A stretch of DNA of 54,665 nt from an uncultured Clostridia bacterium. Its GTDB lineage: Bacteria; Bacillota; Clostridia; Oscillospirales; Acutalibacteraceae. The stretch is from contig CAMNOT010000106.1 of NCBI GenBank assembly GCA_946547025.1, positions 1 to 54,665 on the forward strand, in the 5' to 3' direction. A program made the position numbers and the translations under genes. Under the pieces are notes generated by a model. The model saw nothing but the letters and a program-made list of their open reading frames with translations, searched no databases and was not told the DNA's origin. Shown one piece after another: positions 39,226-49,973 of the stretch. Within the stretch, counting starts at the first letter, position 1; each line of letters begins with the position of its first letter.

Positions 39226-39770
39226 TCTATATAACCAATCTTCCCTGATAACTCATCTTTTTGTTTTAATCGTAATTCTAACGAGATTTTTTTCCTAAGC
39301 GTATAGCTTTCATCATAAACTGGTGACGTAGTCATACGTTGTTCTTCTTTCTCCAAATATTCATCCAAGGTACAAATTATTCGTGCGGGTGAACCCACTA
39401 CTACTGAATTATTAGGAACATCATGAGTTACTGTACTGTTTGCTCCAATAACCACATCATCTCCAATTGTTACACCTGGTAGAATAACAGATTCAGCGCC
39501 AATAAAAACTCTATTCCCGATATTGACTCTTCCTATTTTTGTATAATTCAAAAACGGTTTCGTGCTAGCATCATGGCAGAGAATATGTACTCGAGGAGCG
39601 ATGGTTACATCATCGCCAATTTCTATCAACCAACAGTGGCTTGGATCCAAAATAACACCATTTAGTCGATTGAAATTCTTGCCAATAGTCATCCCCATTG
39701 AAATCAATTTTTCTGTTGTGTACTCGCCTCGTAAACGGTAAACTAGTTCCTTAATAAAACTCATAATCAT
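39222..39770 (-). CDS. Hexapeptide-repeat acyltransferase
   Basis: IGNRVFIGAESVILPGVTIGDDVVIGANS, GSPA. Confidence 0.88.
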   Translation of the reverse strand: MIMSFIKELVYRLRGEYTTEKLISMGMTIGKNFNRLNGVILDPSHCWLIEIGDDVTIAPRVHILCHDASTKPFLNYTKIGRVNIGNRVFIGAESVILPGVTIGDDVVIGANSTVTHDVPNNSVVVGSPARIICTLDEYLEKEEQRMTTSPVYDESYTLRKKISLELRLKQKDELSGKIGYID

Positions 39771-39773
39771 CCT

Positions 39774-40889
39774 TTATAATGAAAGCAACATGTTTTCTAC
39801 AGCTTTCACAGTTTTATCTGTGCTGAATTCTTTGCCTCTTATTTGAGCTTGCATTTTATAATGTGATAGTAATTTGGGATCCTCTAAGAGATTCTTGATT
39901 CCACAATACAATGCATTTTCATTATTATCAGTCACCACACCATATTCATTGTTATTTCCCAACAATTCTTTCATTCCAGAAACATCAACAGTACATACTG
40001 GTGTTCCTACAATTAATGACTCAGTAACAGCTGTGGAAAAACCTTCTGAGAGTGAACTACATACATACAAATCGCATTTTGAAACATATTTATATGGATT
40101 CGTTTGGTAACCAAGAAAAATAAAAGAATTAGATAAAGAATTTTGCAATAAATACGATTCAATTTCCTTCTTTTGAGAACCAATTCCCAATATAAAGATT
40201 CTATTTTTTATTCCATCGTCGATTAATTTTTTATGTATTCTTGCAAGTCTATCGAACCCTTTTACTGGTTCAATTTTACCAACAGAACAGATATTCCAAC
40301 ATTTTTCGCTGCCTATCTTTTCTTCAATTGGCATAAGTGATTGTTTAAGAATCTGTTCTGTTTCATTGGTATTATATAAAACCTCTACTTGTTTATGAAA
40401 ATCCATTGTATTACAAAAAGATTCCATTACCCATTTAGAAACACAAACTATATTATCAAACTTTCCGAAAAGTGTTTTTGCCTCACTAAAATTGCGAAAG
40501 CCAACCGAAGCTGTTTTGGAAGTATCAAAGCAACAGTGTATCCAACACACTAGCTTTGTATTTTCATCTTTACACCCAGCTACTATTCTTGCAGAAACTC
40601 CTTCCAAATATGAAATCACTATATCATACTGATCAGTTACAAAATGTCTATACAACGTTTCCGGTTTAAATAGTTTTAGTACCTGGCTATTCCCCTTAAA
40701 TGATTTAGTATAACAATGCTTTAGCCTAATATGATCTTTCAAGAATTGCTCATTCACGCCTCCGCCGAACAATACCTGAACAGTAATATCAAATTTAGTT
40801 CTATCCAAATTATTTACAACGTTGACAAGAACCTTTTCTGCGCCACCAACACCTAAATCATGAATAAAAAATAAAACCTTTTTTTTCAT
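39774..40889 (-). CDS. Glycosyltransferase family 4
   Basis: GGAEKVL, KGFDRL, SEGFSTAVTES. Confidence 0.9.
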   Translation of the reverse strand: MKKKVLFFIHDLGVGGAEKVLVNVVNNLDRTKFDITVQVLFGGGVNEQFLKDHIRLKHCYTKSFKGNSQVLKLFKPETLYRHFVTDQYDIVISYLEGVSARIVAGCKDENTKLVCWIHCCFDTSKTASVGFRNFSEAKTLFGKFDNIVCVSKWVMESFCNTMDFHKQVEVLYNTNETEQILKQSLMPIEEKIGSEKCWNICSVGKIEPVKGFDRLARIHKKLIDDGIKNRIFILGIGSQKKEIESYLLQNSLSNSFIFLGYQTNPYKYVSKCDLYVCSSLSEGFSTAVTESLIVGTPVCTVDVSGMKELLGNNNEYGVVTDNNENALYCGIKNLLEDPKLLSHYKMQAQIRGKEFSTDKTVKAVENMLLSL

Positions 40890-40909
40890 TTTGACTCCAA
40901 ATAGATTTT

Positions 40910-41674
40910 TTAATTGGAATGATTTATATCGTTATATGAAAGGACATTTATGTTTTTAATATTTTGAACCCTATCTATCCTAATACCAGACAGAGAATCA
41001 ATTGGAATACCATTTTTTAAGATTGGATGGCACATAACCTCATAATACTCGCCATCTATAAGTTTTTCACTATTATCAACAAATGTTTTTATATCATATA
41101 AGTATTGTATAGGATTAGTTATTTGTCTGTTTATAAATGACTTATATTTCTTTTTTATGAGTGATTCATTAAAGGAAGAGACTCTCTTTCTAACAGTTTT
41201 AAAATTGTATTCTTTTAGCAACGGTTTTAGTGCTGATAAAAAAACATACCATGTATGTATAGATTGATGAGAATCAATATGGAACTCATTGAAACCTGCA
41301 TCACGATACCAGTTCATTTGAGCTTTAATCTCTCTAGTCAAACTTTCCTGTGTCCGTGCATCCAAAGTATTAGAAGATGTAAAATATCTTTTAAATTTGC
41401 TTATTTTTGTTTCAAACATTCCGTTTTTATTACAAAATATTCTTTCAGATCGTATTTGTTCTGTTAATGGATACCCTTCTCGTAAATTCAAATGTAGCCC
41501 TACACAATCAAAAAAGTTGTTTTCCCGAGAAATATCAATTGCCTTTTGCGAGCCAGGCATATTTGTCATTATAGTTGTATTACTTATTAGCCCATTATTA
41601 AAGCAATAAACAATAGCCTCATTTACGGAATCATTAATGCCAAAATCATCGGCATTTATAATCACATTTATCAT
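40910..41674 (-). CDS. ChbG/HpnK (YdjC) family carbohydrate deacetylase
   Basis: NADDFG, GLHLNL, HIDSH, EVMCHP. Confidence 0.9.
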   Translation of the reverse strand: MINVIINADDFGINDSVNEAIVYCFNNGLISNTTIMTNMPGSQKAIDISRENNFFDCVGLHLNLREGYPLTEQIRSERIFCNKNGMFETKISKFKRYFTSSNTLDARTQESLTREIKAQMNWYRDAGFNEFHIDSHQSIHTWYVFLSALKPLLKEYNFKTVRKRVSSFNESLIKKKYKSFINRQITNPIQYLYDIKTFVDNSEKLIDGEYYEVMCHPILKNGIPIDSLSGIRIDRVQNIKNINVLSYNDINHSN

Positions 41675-41675
41675 T

Positions 41676-42590
41676 CTATTTCTCCATTCGTTTGTTTTTT
41701 ACAATAACAAATAATGTAAACAGTATTCCTATCGGATACACAAGAAGAGTTAATAGTTTTTGAGGAGAATTCGCAATACAAGGTTTTTTTGATAATATAC
41801 ACGAAGAAACATAGTGTATTGATTTCTTTATTCTAAACTTTAATGGTGCATTCTTGTACGACAATTCAAGCAATCTCATTACGCGAAAACTATTAGGACT
41901 TCTTAAATACTGTTTAAAAACAGTTGCTGTCATCCCATCTGGTTGATAATCTATCACACATAATACTTCGTTGAGCGTCAGAAAATCATATTTTTCACAT
42001 ATTTTAAGATGAAGAAAATGTGGGTTGAAATCTTTTTCATCAGAAAAAGACTCGGTTAGTTCATCTGGAAATATCGCCGCTTTGTATAAGTTTGTTCGAA
42101 CAACATTTTTCCAATCAACATCTTTTACAATAGCCTTACCCAAATAGGTGTCTATCAAGTTTATTGATTTAATTTCATTTGGGAATCTTTCTCCAATGAT
42201 TGTTCCGTCTTCTAAGGTATTTAATCCGATTATACCGGCATAATTCTTTTGATCACAGCGCTTCCAGAATCGTAATATGCTCTCTATAGCGTTATCTGTC
42301 AAATAATCATCGCTATCTACACAAACACATAATTCTGTTTTAATAGCATTAATTGCTGTTATATATCCTGAATACAAACCACCGTTCTCTTTATATATAT
42401 ATTCTATTTCAAAAGATTTTTCCTTTTGTTCCCATTCTCTTACAAGTATACCGGTATTATCGGTAGATCCGTCATCAATAATTAACCATAAAAAATCTTT
42501 ACAACTCTGTCGTTGTAACGATTGATAACAACGTTCTAATAGATTGGCTCTATTATATGTAGGTGTAAATACTGTCAATTTTTTCATCAT
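41676..42590 (-). CDS. Glycosyltransferase family 2
   Basis: FTPTYNRA, DDGSTD, CVDSDD. Confidence 0.92.
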   Translation of the reverse strand: MMKKLTVFTPTYNRANLLERCYQSLQRQSCKDFLWLIIDDGSTDNTGILVREWEQKEKSFEIEYIYKENGGLYSGYITAINAIKTELCVCVDSDDYLTDNAIESILRFWKRCDQKNYAGIIGLNTLEDGTIIGERFPNEIKSINLIDTYLGKAIVKDVDWKNVVRTNLYKAAIFPDELTESFSDEKDFNPHFLHLKICEKYDFLTLNEVLCVIDYQPDGMTATVFKQYLRSPNSFRVMRLLELSYKNAPLKFRIKKSIHYVSSCILSKKPCIANSPQKLLTLLVYPIGILFTLFVIVKNKRMEK

Positions 42591-43570
42591 TTTGACCTTC
42601 GTGAATAAAGTTTTAAGAGATGCATCATAGTGGAGAACCCAAAAATTCTATTAATCCAGTACACAATTTTTACTTTTTTGTTAAGATGATATTTTAGCAA
42701 CCACCTATAACTTTTCATCTGTTTCACTAACGGTTTAGTTCTCGGGTCACTCTCACACAACAAAGAAACTTTTAAAAAAGTTATATATTGGTATGACACA
42801 TAATTATAATACAACAAATCTCTTTCTTTAGGAAGAACACAATCATCTTCAGCTTCAATGCATCTAATTATATTATCAGACAGCATTTTTAGATTCTCGT
42901 ATTTTATTGTGTGAACAATTGAATCTGTTCTCTGTCTATATATATAAAAACTATTTGGGTATACTGCAACACTATTAACCTTCTTTAATAACCTAGCGCT
43001 CCAATCTATATCCTCCGAAGTTATCCCTTCAACAAAGAATAATTTGGAATTATGTATTACTTCCCTTCTCGTTGCCTTACAACACGCCGAAGAAACATAA
43101 AAACCGTTAGAGAGCAAATGATACATTGTTTCATCAAATCCCATATTAGTTGGCAATTCATCCTGAATTGTAATACCTTTCCCGTTATCACCTATTCCAT
43201 CTTGGTACTCTCTATAACCAAAGCAAATAAAATCTGGTTTTTGGTGGGTTAATTTTGCAATATTCATTAGTGCATCAGAATCATTCCAATAATCATCGCT
43301 ATCAAGAAATAATATATACTCTCCTTTAGCTAATCTTAATCCTGTGTTCCTGGCAGAGGATAATCCGCCGTTTTCTTTATGTATCACATTAATTCGTGAA
43401 TCCATGTCAGAATAATTATCACATATTTTTGAAGAATAATCTTTAGAGCCATCATCTACCAAAACCATCTCCCAATTTTGATACGATTGCAATAAGACGC
43501 TTTCAATGCATTGCTCTAAATAATCTTCTACATTGTAAACAGGAATAATAATACTAAACATAACTGCCAT
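42587..43570 (-). CDS. Glycosyltransferase family 2
   Basis: PVYNVE, DDGSKD, FLDSDD, SEDI. Confidence 0.92.
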   Translation of the reverse strand: MAVMFSIIIPVYNVEDYLEQCIESVLLQSYQNWEMVLVDDGSKDYSSKICDNYSDMDSRINVIHKENGGLSSARNTGLRLAKGEYILFLDSDDYWNDSDALMNIAKLTHQKPDFICFGYREYQDGIGDNGKGITIQDELPTNMGFDETMYHLLSNGFYVSSACCKATRREVIHNSKLFFVEGITSEDIDWSARLLKKVNSVAVYPNSFYIYRQRTDSIVHTIKYENLKMLSDNIIRCIEAEDDCVLPKERDLLYYNYVSYQYITFLKVSLLCESDPRTKPLVKQMKSYRWLLKYHLNKKVKIVYWINRIFGFSTMMHLLKLYSRRSK

Positions 43571-43572
43571 AT

Positions 43573-44628
43573 CTAAAACGCTCCAGAATATAAACTATAA
43601 GCAAAATACACTAAGTAGAAAAGCACAAAAAACAGCCTTAGATTTTTAGAAGTTTTTTCAGTAAATACATTGGTCACTAGATAAGGAATCAAAAGTAAAT
43701 TAAACAAGTTAGTATATATCGGCAAGCGTCCAGTACCGACTCCGTTTGTGAATGTAGCTACAAAATATATCAACACTGTAAATACCGACATATTTACAGA
43801 AAAATTGATTAGCTGATTGTTTTTTTGTGCTATTTGTTTCCTCCCAATAAATGCTAACGCAACGGGTATTGCACTTATGAAAATACGTATAGGATTTGAT
43901 CCATTGTCATTTTTTAATATCTCTTCACCAAGTATATCAGTGTTATTAATAAAAACAAACAAAGCAATTACAAATACAATAAAGCTTAAAATTACACCTT
44001 TTTTCCATGGTTCAAACAACACAACTAAAAAGATAGGTAACATCATTACAGCAGAAGAATGTATGGTTATAGCAAGTAAAATGATTAACAAAGTCGGAAT
44101 CAATTTCTTTTTTACCAATAGAGGTGTTGCAGCGAATATGATACAAGCCGCTAGAAATTGTCTTATTCCATTCATCATCCAGCCATTATAAACTCCTGAT
44201 GCTGTAAACAGAAAAACAGACAACACATAATCTTCTGAATATTTTCTGTAAACCAAAACAAGTGGAATGCTTTGCATTAGCGCCACGATGATTCTAAAGG
44301 CAGTTCGATCACTTCCAAAAATCGACTTAATCAATATTTGGATAATAGTAAAACCGGGTCCTTTATCAGTCCACCAGTTTTGAAACACCTGCGAAAACGT
44401 TAAATCTAATTCTTCATAGTTTTTTAGATAAAGCCATATATCAGATCGAACCTCACCTAAAGAGACAAATAGAAATAAAGGCAAAAAAGTAATAGCTGCA
44501 AACAATAAACTATAGCGTTCAGTTTCTTGTCCTAATACAGTTTCTTTTCTTTTTAGTTTTGTGGCAGATGCAACAAAAGCAACAAGTCCAATCCACAGCA
44601 GAAGTCCTATATCACTCTTAATACCCAT
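43573..44628 (-). CDS. EpsG-family polysaccharide polymerase (Wzy)
   Basis: Multi-TM; NGIRQFLA, IHSSA motifs. Confidence 0.85.
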   Translation of the reverse strand: MGIKSDIGLLLWIGLVAFVASATKLKRKETVLGQETERYSLLFAAITFLPLFLFVSLGEVRSDIWLYLKNYEELDLTFSQVFQNWWTDKGPGFTIIQILIKSIFGSDRTAFRIIVALMQSIPLVLVYRKYSEDYVLSVFLFTASGVYNGWMMNGIRQFLAACIIFAATPLLVKKKLIPTLLIILLAITIHSSAVMMLPIFLVVLFEPWKKGVILSFIVFVIALFVFINNTDILGEEILKNDNGSNPIRIFISAIPVALAFIGRKQIAQKNNQLINFSVNMSVFTVLIYFVATFTNGVGTGRLPIYTNLFNLLLIPYLVTNVFTEKTSKNLRLFFVLFYLVYFAYSLYSGAF

Positions 44629-44643
44629 TTAACCCTTCCAAAT

Positions 44644-45762
44644 CTATTTAAAGTAAATATCTTCCAATTCTTTTCTAACTGATGTGAAGCAATAGTTTAT
44701 TGCGAAATCATAAGCATTCTTTTTGATTAGATTCACATCATTTACGTTGTCAAACAAAAACAAAACACATTTTGCCATGCTTTTATAATCATCCATATTG
44801 ACAAGGAAACCATTTTCGCCATTCTTGACCAGCTCTTTATGCCCACGGTTATTGCTTGCAACAACCGGATTAGCGGAAAGCATAGATTCGACAATGTTCA
44901 GTGGCAAGCCTTCCCGGTAGCTACACGCAACAAGAATATCAATAATATGTTGATAGTCCTGCAAGTGTGTGCAATAGCCAAGCATTTTAATATTATTCTC
45001 TAAGCCGCAGATTTTGATTTCATTTTCAAGATTCTGTTGCTCGGGACCATTGCCGGCAATAAATAGGATTGCATCAGGATACTCCTTTACAATCTTTTGC
45101 ATGGCATGAATTGCCATTTTCTGGTTTTTGTTGGGCAAAAGCTCGCCAACACAAAGCAACAACTTTTGTTTTACGCCATAACCCATTTCTTTGCGTAAAC
45201 GCAGTTTTTCAGCCTCATCAACAGGATAATAGCGTTTTTCATCCACGCCGACGCCGTGGATATGTTCTATCTGACAATGGAATTTTCTTTTCGCAAGGAA
45301 ATAATCCTCCTGCGTGATGGTAATGAGCTTATCGCACTTGCGTGAAAAGTACTTCTCTATCGGATAGAAGATTATCCAATTTTTCTTCGGTGCACCATTG
45401 TAGAAATGGAATCCGTGCGCAGTATAGAATACCTTTGCGCCTCGCTTACGAGCCTTCTTAGCTGCAAGACGCGTTACGATCCCGCCCATCGGGGTATTAC
45501 AGTGAATCACATCATAGTTATCTTCATCAAGTATCTTTTTTAACTGCTTTAGAGCCTTGTAATTATCAATACTTTTCGGTGAGCGGGAAAACGGAATGTC
45601 AAATACCTTGTCGACAAAATCTAACTTCAAGCCGTTCTTCTCGGCAAGATTGTTCCGAGCCGCAACATGTACCTCACACCCGTGAGCGTGGAGCACCTCA
45701 ACCAAAGGCTTATGAAACTGGCAAATGTGACTCTGCACTGTCGCAGTCAACAAAACTTTCAT
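44644..45762 (-). CDS. Glycosyltransferase family 4
   Basis: HCNTPMGG, YTAHGFHF, REGLPLNIVES. Confidence 0.92.
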   Translation of the reverse strand: MKVLLTATVQSHICQFHKPLVEVLHAHGCEVHVAARNNLAEKNGLKLDFVDKVFDIPFSRSPKSIDNYKALKQLKKILDEDNYDVIHCNTPMGGIVTRLAAKKARKRGAKVFYTAHGFHFYNGAPKKNWIIFYPIEKYFSRKCDKLITITQEDYFLAKRKFHCQIEHIHGVGVDEKRYYPVDEAEKLRLRKEMGYGVKQKLLLCVGELLPNKNQKMAIHAMQKIVKEYPDAILFIAGNGPEQQNLENEIKICGLENNIKMLGYCTHLQDYQHIIDILVACSYREGLPLNIVESMLSANPVVASNNRGHKELVKNGENGFLVNMDDYKSMAKCVLFLFDNVNDVNLIKKNAYDFAINYCFTSVRKELEDIYFK

Positions 45763-45774
45763 ATGTATACCTAT

Positions 45775-47382
45775 TTATTCTTTTATCTTAGATATATAAA
45801 ACATTGTACGAAACTTAAAATAGAGCTTTTCCATCCAAATTCGATAGCCATGAAAATATAAGTTTGGAATCTCAACTTCCGCGTCTACAACATCATGGTT
45901 CATATATGACATGATTCTCTTATGAACAGAATCTGATTTTCTTTCATCGTGCGGAAAACTTAAAAACAGCTCTAATATCTTTCTGTTATTCATAGGCATA
46001 GTAACTCTATGATACAATTGCTGTGAGGAAATAACAGAAACGCCCCAACACCCCATACGGATTTCCCAATAAAACAAATCTGTATGTTCGAAATTGTAAA
46101 GTGGTTTTTCCAAACCAATTTCTTTTAAGAATTCAGCATATTTTTTATCTGACCATCGCAATAATTCCGGGTGGCCAAAAAACCTTGTTTGAAAAACACT
46201 TGCATTTCGTTCGTTCAAAACTTCAGGCATTTTAATTTCATACTTTCGTTCAAAAAACACTCTTGCAACTTCTGATGCCCACGATTTTAGTTCTATATCA
46301 TAAGCATCTAAATCATGTAAAAATATATATTTCCTTATCTCGTTATCCGCAAGATTAACATAATAATTTGTATTATGCTGCAACAACTTTTTTATGAATT
46401 CAAAATCCTCAAAACAATTATTATCCTCCGGAATATGATATAGCGTATGTGTTAATCCAAGGTTATCACAGATTTTTTTGGCGCCTTCCGCGTCAACTAA
46501 TTCTTGAGGTTTAGAGTGAAAACTAAAGTATGAGAATTTATCATATAGCCCGTTTGCACAAGCCAAAGTCGTTTTACTGTCAGTTCCGCCAGAAAGGGAA
46601 ATCGCACAACGATCCCACTTCTTTGAACAACATTCTATACCGTTATGGATTAATTCACCTATCCTTTGGATGTTCTCCTCCTTTTCCGAATCGGTAGCAA
46701 ATTCAGGGTGGTTCTGTATTGGATAAAAACGTTTGACAGAAAAATTTCCATCATACAACATATATGTGTTTGCTCCAAGTCTCTTTAATTCATCATATGG
46801 CGTTACATTCCCAGGCAAATGTCTATTACCAATATTATAACACTTTGCCCGAACCAATTTCTCAACATTTGAATTCATTTTCAAATCACAAAGATCTGCA
46901 ACAAGTTGAGGATGCTCAGTTACATATATCTGATTATTAACTCTACCAAAATAACACCCAGTCAGAGAACACGCATCTTGACAAGCAATAATTTTTCCAT
47001 TATCAAAAATTATAATTATATGTAAACCTGTAAACTCAGAAACCTTGTCAAAATATTGATCTATCCCTTTCTTATATGCTTCAATTAAATCGTCACATAG
47101 TTCTTCTTCTTTATACTTCTTATCAAAAGGGTTATAAGCATGTCCAATAATAACAGCAGTTATACTGTTATGAGTTTTAATATATACAGTTTGTTTTTCT
47201 TGGACATAAAGATAGTAATTATCTACCTGTTTTTCATTCCAAATATTGTAAAACGGATATCCCGAAATATTATCAATTCTTTTATCTGTTAAAAGATAAC
47301 CTCTTCGAAAAAGCATTTCGCGGTATTTTTCGTTTTTGTCAAGCACCGATTTGATTTCATCTTTAAAGATTTTAACTGACAC
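45775..47382 (-). CDS. Asparagine-synthetase-like (PP-loop) protein
   Basis: SLSGGTDS PP-loop, Ntn-like N-terminal half, DLFYWE.R; GTG 47382 with GGAGG RBS. Confidence 0.65.
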   Translation of the reverse strand: MSVKIFKDEIKSVLDKNEKYREMLFRRGYLLTDKRIDNISGYPFYNIWNEKQVDNYYLYVQEKQTVYIKTHNSITAVIIGHAYNPFDKKYKEEELCDDLIEAYKKGIDQYFDKVSEFTGLHIIIIFDNGKIIACQDACSLTGCYFGRVNNQIYVTEHPQLVADLCDLKMNSNVEKLVRAKCYNIGNRHLPGNVTPYDELKRLGANTYMLYDGNFSVKRFYPIQNHPEFATDSEKEENIQRIGELIHNGIECCSKKWDRCAISLSGGTDSKTTLACANGLYDKFSYFSFHSKPQELVDAEGAKKICDNLGLTHTLYHIPEDNNCFEDFEFIKKLLQHNTNYYVNLADNEIRKYIFLHDLDAYDIELKSWASEVARVFFERKYEIKMPEVLNERNASVFQTRFFGHPELLRWSDKKYAEFLKEIGLEKPLYNFEHTDLFYWEIRMGCWGVSVISSQQLYHRVTMPMNNRKILELFLSFPHDERKSDSVHKRIMSYMNHDVVDAEVEIPNLYFHGYRIWMEKLYFKFRTMFYISKIKE

Positions 47383-48277
47383 AATTAACCCTCCGCAATC
47401 CATTTAATATAGCTTTGTTCAATCTGTCCCCATTTCTCTCGCCGACAAAGCTGTTGTGAGGGGTGAGGATGATGTTTTGTTTGTCCCAAAGGGGACTATC
47501 TTCGCTCAGCGGTTCGTCTTCGAAGACGTCGAGGACGGCTCCGCCGAGGTTGTCGATATGATTCAACAGTGCTTCTGTATCAACGATTGCGCCGCGGGCA
47601 ATATTGACGAGTACCGCGGTGCTTTTCAGAAGGCTGAAGCGTTCTTCATTCATTAGATGCTTTGTCTGCTCTGTCAGCGGCAGGGTCAGGATGATAACGT
47701 CCGCAGCGCTTAGTGCATTGTTAAGCTGACTGAGCGGCAGCATCTCGCTATACAGGCTGTCATCGCGCGGGAACAGATCCACGCCGATGACCTCACAGCC
47801 GAACACCGCAAAGCGCTTCGCACACTCGTTGCCAACGCTGCCGCAGCCGATAATCAGCACCTTTTTGCTGGATAGCTCCAGCAGCCCGCGATGCTTTTCC
47901 CAGAGATGCTGCTTCTGGTTCTCTCGGAAAAACGCCGCCTGTTTATAGAGCTGTAGCACGCCGCAGAGCGCGAACTCCGCCATCGGGATGCTGTACACGC
48001 CTCTGGCATTATGTATCTCAATACCATGCGACTTGACGTAGTCCATATCGACGCGGTCAAAGCCGGCGCTGGTGAGCTGAATATATCTGAGGTTCGTGAA
48101 CTTCTCGATCGGGTGCGTCAGGAACAGTCCGTTGCAGATCACGCCCTCGACCCAATCAAAAGGACAGGGCAGATCGTCCTTCTCGAACTGCATGAAGCAC
48201 ACGCTGTGACCCATTGTTTCAAGCTCGGATATGCAGTTTTTTCCATCGTTCCAAGCGCCTGTCACCAGCAGATTCAT
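47372..48277 (-). CDS. D-isomer-specific 2-hydroxyacid dehydrogenase
   Basis: GCGSVG, NIARG, LDVFEDEP, TPH; start ATG 48277. Confidence 0.9.
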   Translation of the reverse strand: MNLLVTGAWNDGKNCISELETMGHSVCFMQFEKDDLPCPFDWVEGVICNGLFLTHPIEKFTNLRYIQLTSAGFDRVDMDYVKSHGIEIHNARGVYSIPMAEFALCGVLQLYKQAAFFRENQKQHLWEKHRGLLELSSKKVLIIGCGSVGNECAKRFAVFGCEVIGVDLFPRDDSLYSEMLPLSQLNNALSAADVIILTLPLTEQTKHLMNEERFSLLKSTAVLVNIARGAIVDTEALLNHIDNLGGAVLDVFEDEPLSEDSPLWDKQNIILTPHNSFVGERNGDRLNKAILNGLRRVNCVS

Positions 48278-48278
48278 C

Positions 48279-49109
48279 TTATCCCTCACATATCGATCGG
48301 ACTCTCTTTGCCACTTCACGCTCATTCTCACGGAAGTAGCTGATCTTTTCCTCGCACTCTTTTTCAAGCTCTCGGATCTCCTTCACACCGTCGATAAACG
48401 TCGAGCTGACGATACCGATGTGCTTGACCTTCTCGAGATTGCAGAAGCTGCGCGAGAGGATCGCGCTTGACGATCCGAGGCGGTAGTGCTCACGGATGAT
48501 GTACTCGCTGGGCAGCATGCCGTTGCCGAGCGAGGCGATCCCGCCGAAGCCGTAGGGGATGCCTTTGAGCTTGCACGTCAAGCACAGCTTCTCAACCGTG
48601 CCGTCGGCGAGCAGTTCAAACATAAACTTTTTGTTATATCCAAGGCTCAAATCATTCAAGCCGATGTAGATTTCGTCGATTCCGGGGATTTCCAGAATCT
48701 CGTCCAGCGCCTCCGCGGATGCGGGGGTTTCGATCAGGAGCATGGTTTTTGCTCTGCCGTCGACCATTTCGACGAAGGACTTGACCTCGCCGACCGACTG
48801 AATAAAGGGAAGCATGATGATATCTGCGCCCGCCTTGACGGTTGCGTCGATCTCCTCCTGGGAGGAGGTGTATTCACCGGTCGCTTCATGAATCGGGTTG
48901 ACGCGCACGAGCACCTCGGCGGATTCGACCGCCGCTTTGATCGCCTTGATATCCGCGATCGTGTGGTGATTCTTGACGGAATCCAGACCGCCCTGGCGTG
49001 CCGCCTTGCCGATGTACTCCATGTCGACAAAGATCCTGTCGACTCCGGATGACTCGGCGATCTGCGCGATCTCCGTTCGATTCGTTATGTACATCAACTT
49101 TAAAGGCAT
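48279..49109 (-). CDS. HpcH/HpaI aldolase / citrate lyase family protein
   Basis: IFVDME, VRVNP, LIET, IGLNDL. Confidence 0.85.
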   Translation of the reverse strand: MPLKLMYITNRTEIAQIAESSGVDRIFVDMEYIGKAARQGGLDSVKNHHTIADIKAIKAAVESAEVLVRVNPIHEATGEYTSSQEEIDATVKAGADIIMLPFIQSVGEVKSFVEMVDGRAKTMLLIETPASAEALDEILEIPGIDEIYIGLNDLSLGYNKKFMFELLADGTVEKLCLTCKLKGIPYGFGGIASLGNGMLPSEYIIREHYRLGSSSAILSRSFCNLEKVKHIGIVSSTFIDGVKEIRELEKECEEKISYFRENEREVAKRVRSICEG

Positions 49110-49121
49110 AGTCCCAAATCC

Positions 49122-49730
49122 TTACTGCTTTTTTACTGTCTCGCCCGTGTTGGCGTTATCTGCGTTTGTGAATATCTTGAAGATCGTCATGAAGAAGATC
49201 TTGAAATCAAGCCCGAATGAAATATGATCGACGTACCAGACGTTCAGCTCGATGCGCTTGTGCCACTCGACTTCCTTGCGGCCGTTCACCTGCGCCCAGC
49301 CGGTCAGACCCGGTCGGACGTCGAACATCCTGAGCTGTTCCTTGGTGTATTCCTCAATCGGCCACGGATGGTAGGTCAGCGGCGGTCGGGGACCGATCAG
49401 CGACATCTCACCTTTCAGGACATTGATAAACTGCGGAAGTTCATCAATACTGGTCGCCCGGATAACACGACCGACCTTTGTCACGCGGGCGTCACCCTTG
49501 CCGGAATAGACGCCAGAACCGGTATGTTCAGCATTTACGCACATGGAACGGAATTTGATAATTTTGAACACCTTGCCACCAAGTCCGAGACGATCTTGTT
49601 TGAACAGAACAGGACCGGGTGATTCGATCTTGATCAGCAACGCAACGATCAACATCGGAATCGCGCCGATGATCAACACGAGAAGCGCTAAAATGATATC
49701 GATGATTCTTTTTATAACTCGATTGTACAT
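49122..49730 (-). CDS. Priming sugar-phosphate transferase (Bac_transf)
   Basis: KRIIDI, KFRSM, SIDELPQ, GPRP, RPGLTGWAQVNGR. Confidence 0.95.
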   Translation of the reverse strand: MYNRVIKRIIDIILALLVLIIGAIPMLIVALLIKIESPGPVLFKQDRLGLGGKVFKIIKFRSMCVNAEHTGSGVYSGKGDARVTKVGRVIRATSIDELPQFINVLKGEMSLIGPRPPLTYHPWPIEEYTKEQLRMFDVRPGLTGWAQVNGRKEVEWHKRIELNVWYVDHISFGLDFKIFFMTIFKIFTNADNANTGETVKKQ

Positions 49731-49800
49731 AGTTACCTCTCATTTGACTGTTTTCCTCGAAATGGCGCAAAAACGCATATTAATCTATTTTATCTTATAT

Positions 49801-49829
49801 ATGATACTACAAAACTACCAATATGTCAA
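49801..49829 (-). promoter_or_regulatory. sigmaA promoter of main polysaccharide operon
   Basis: TTGACA-N17-TATCAT. Confidence 0.7.
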
Positions 49830-49905
49830 TTTCTTTACGAAAAAGATTCATACAGCAAATTCAAGTAAATGTTGAAATTTTTGTAAAAAAGAACATAAAG
49901 AACAT

Positions 49906-49942
49906 AAAAACTCTCGAAACAGCATTTACCGCTTCGAGAGTT
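49906..49942 (-). terminator. Intrinsic terminator after nucleotidyltransferase gene
   Basis: AACTCTCGAA...TTCGAGAGTT-TTT. Confidence 0.7.
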
Positions 49943-49973
49943 AGGGTTCAATAATTGATCAAACCTAATTATT

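Noticed and set aside
49888..49905. AAAGAACAT direct repeat as an SOS box
   Set aside because: The Firmicutes SOS box is the inverted GAAC-N4-GTTC; this is a short direct duplication.
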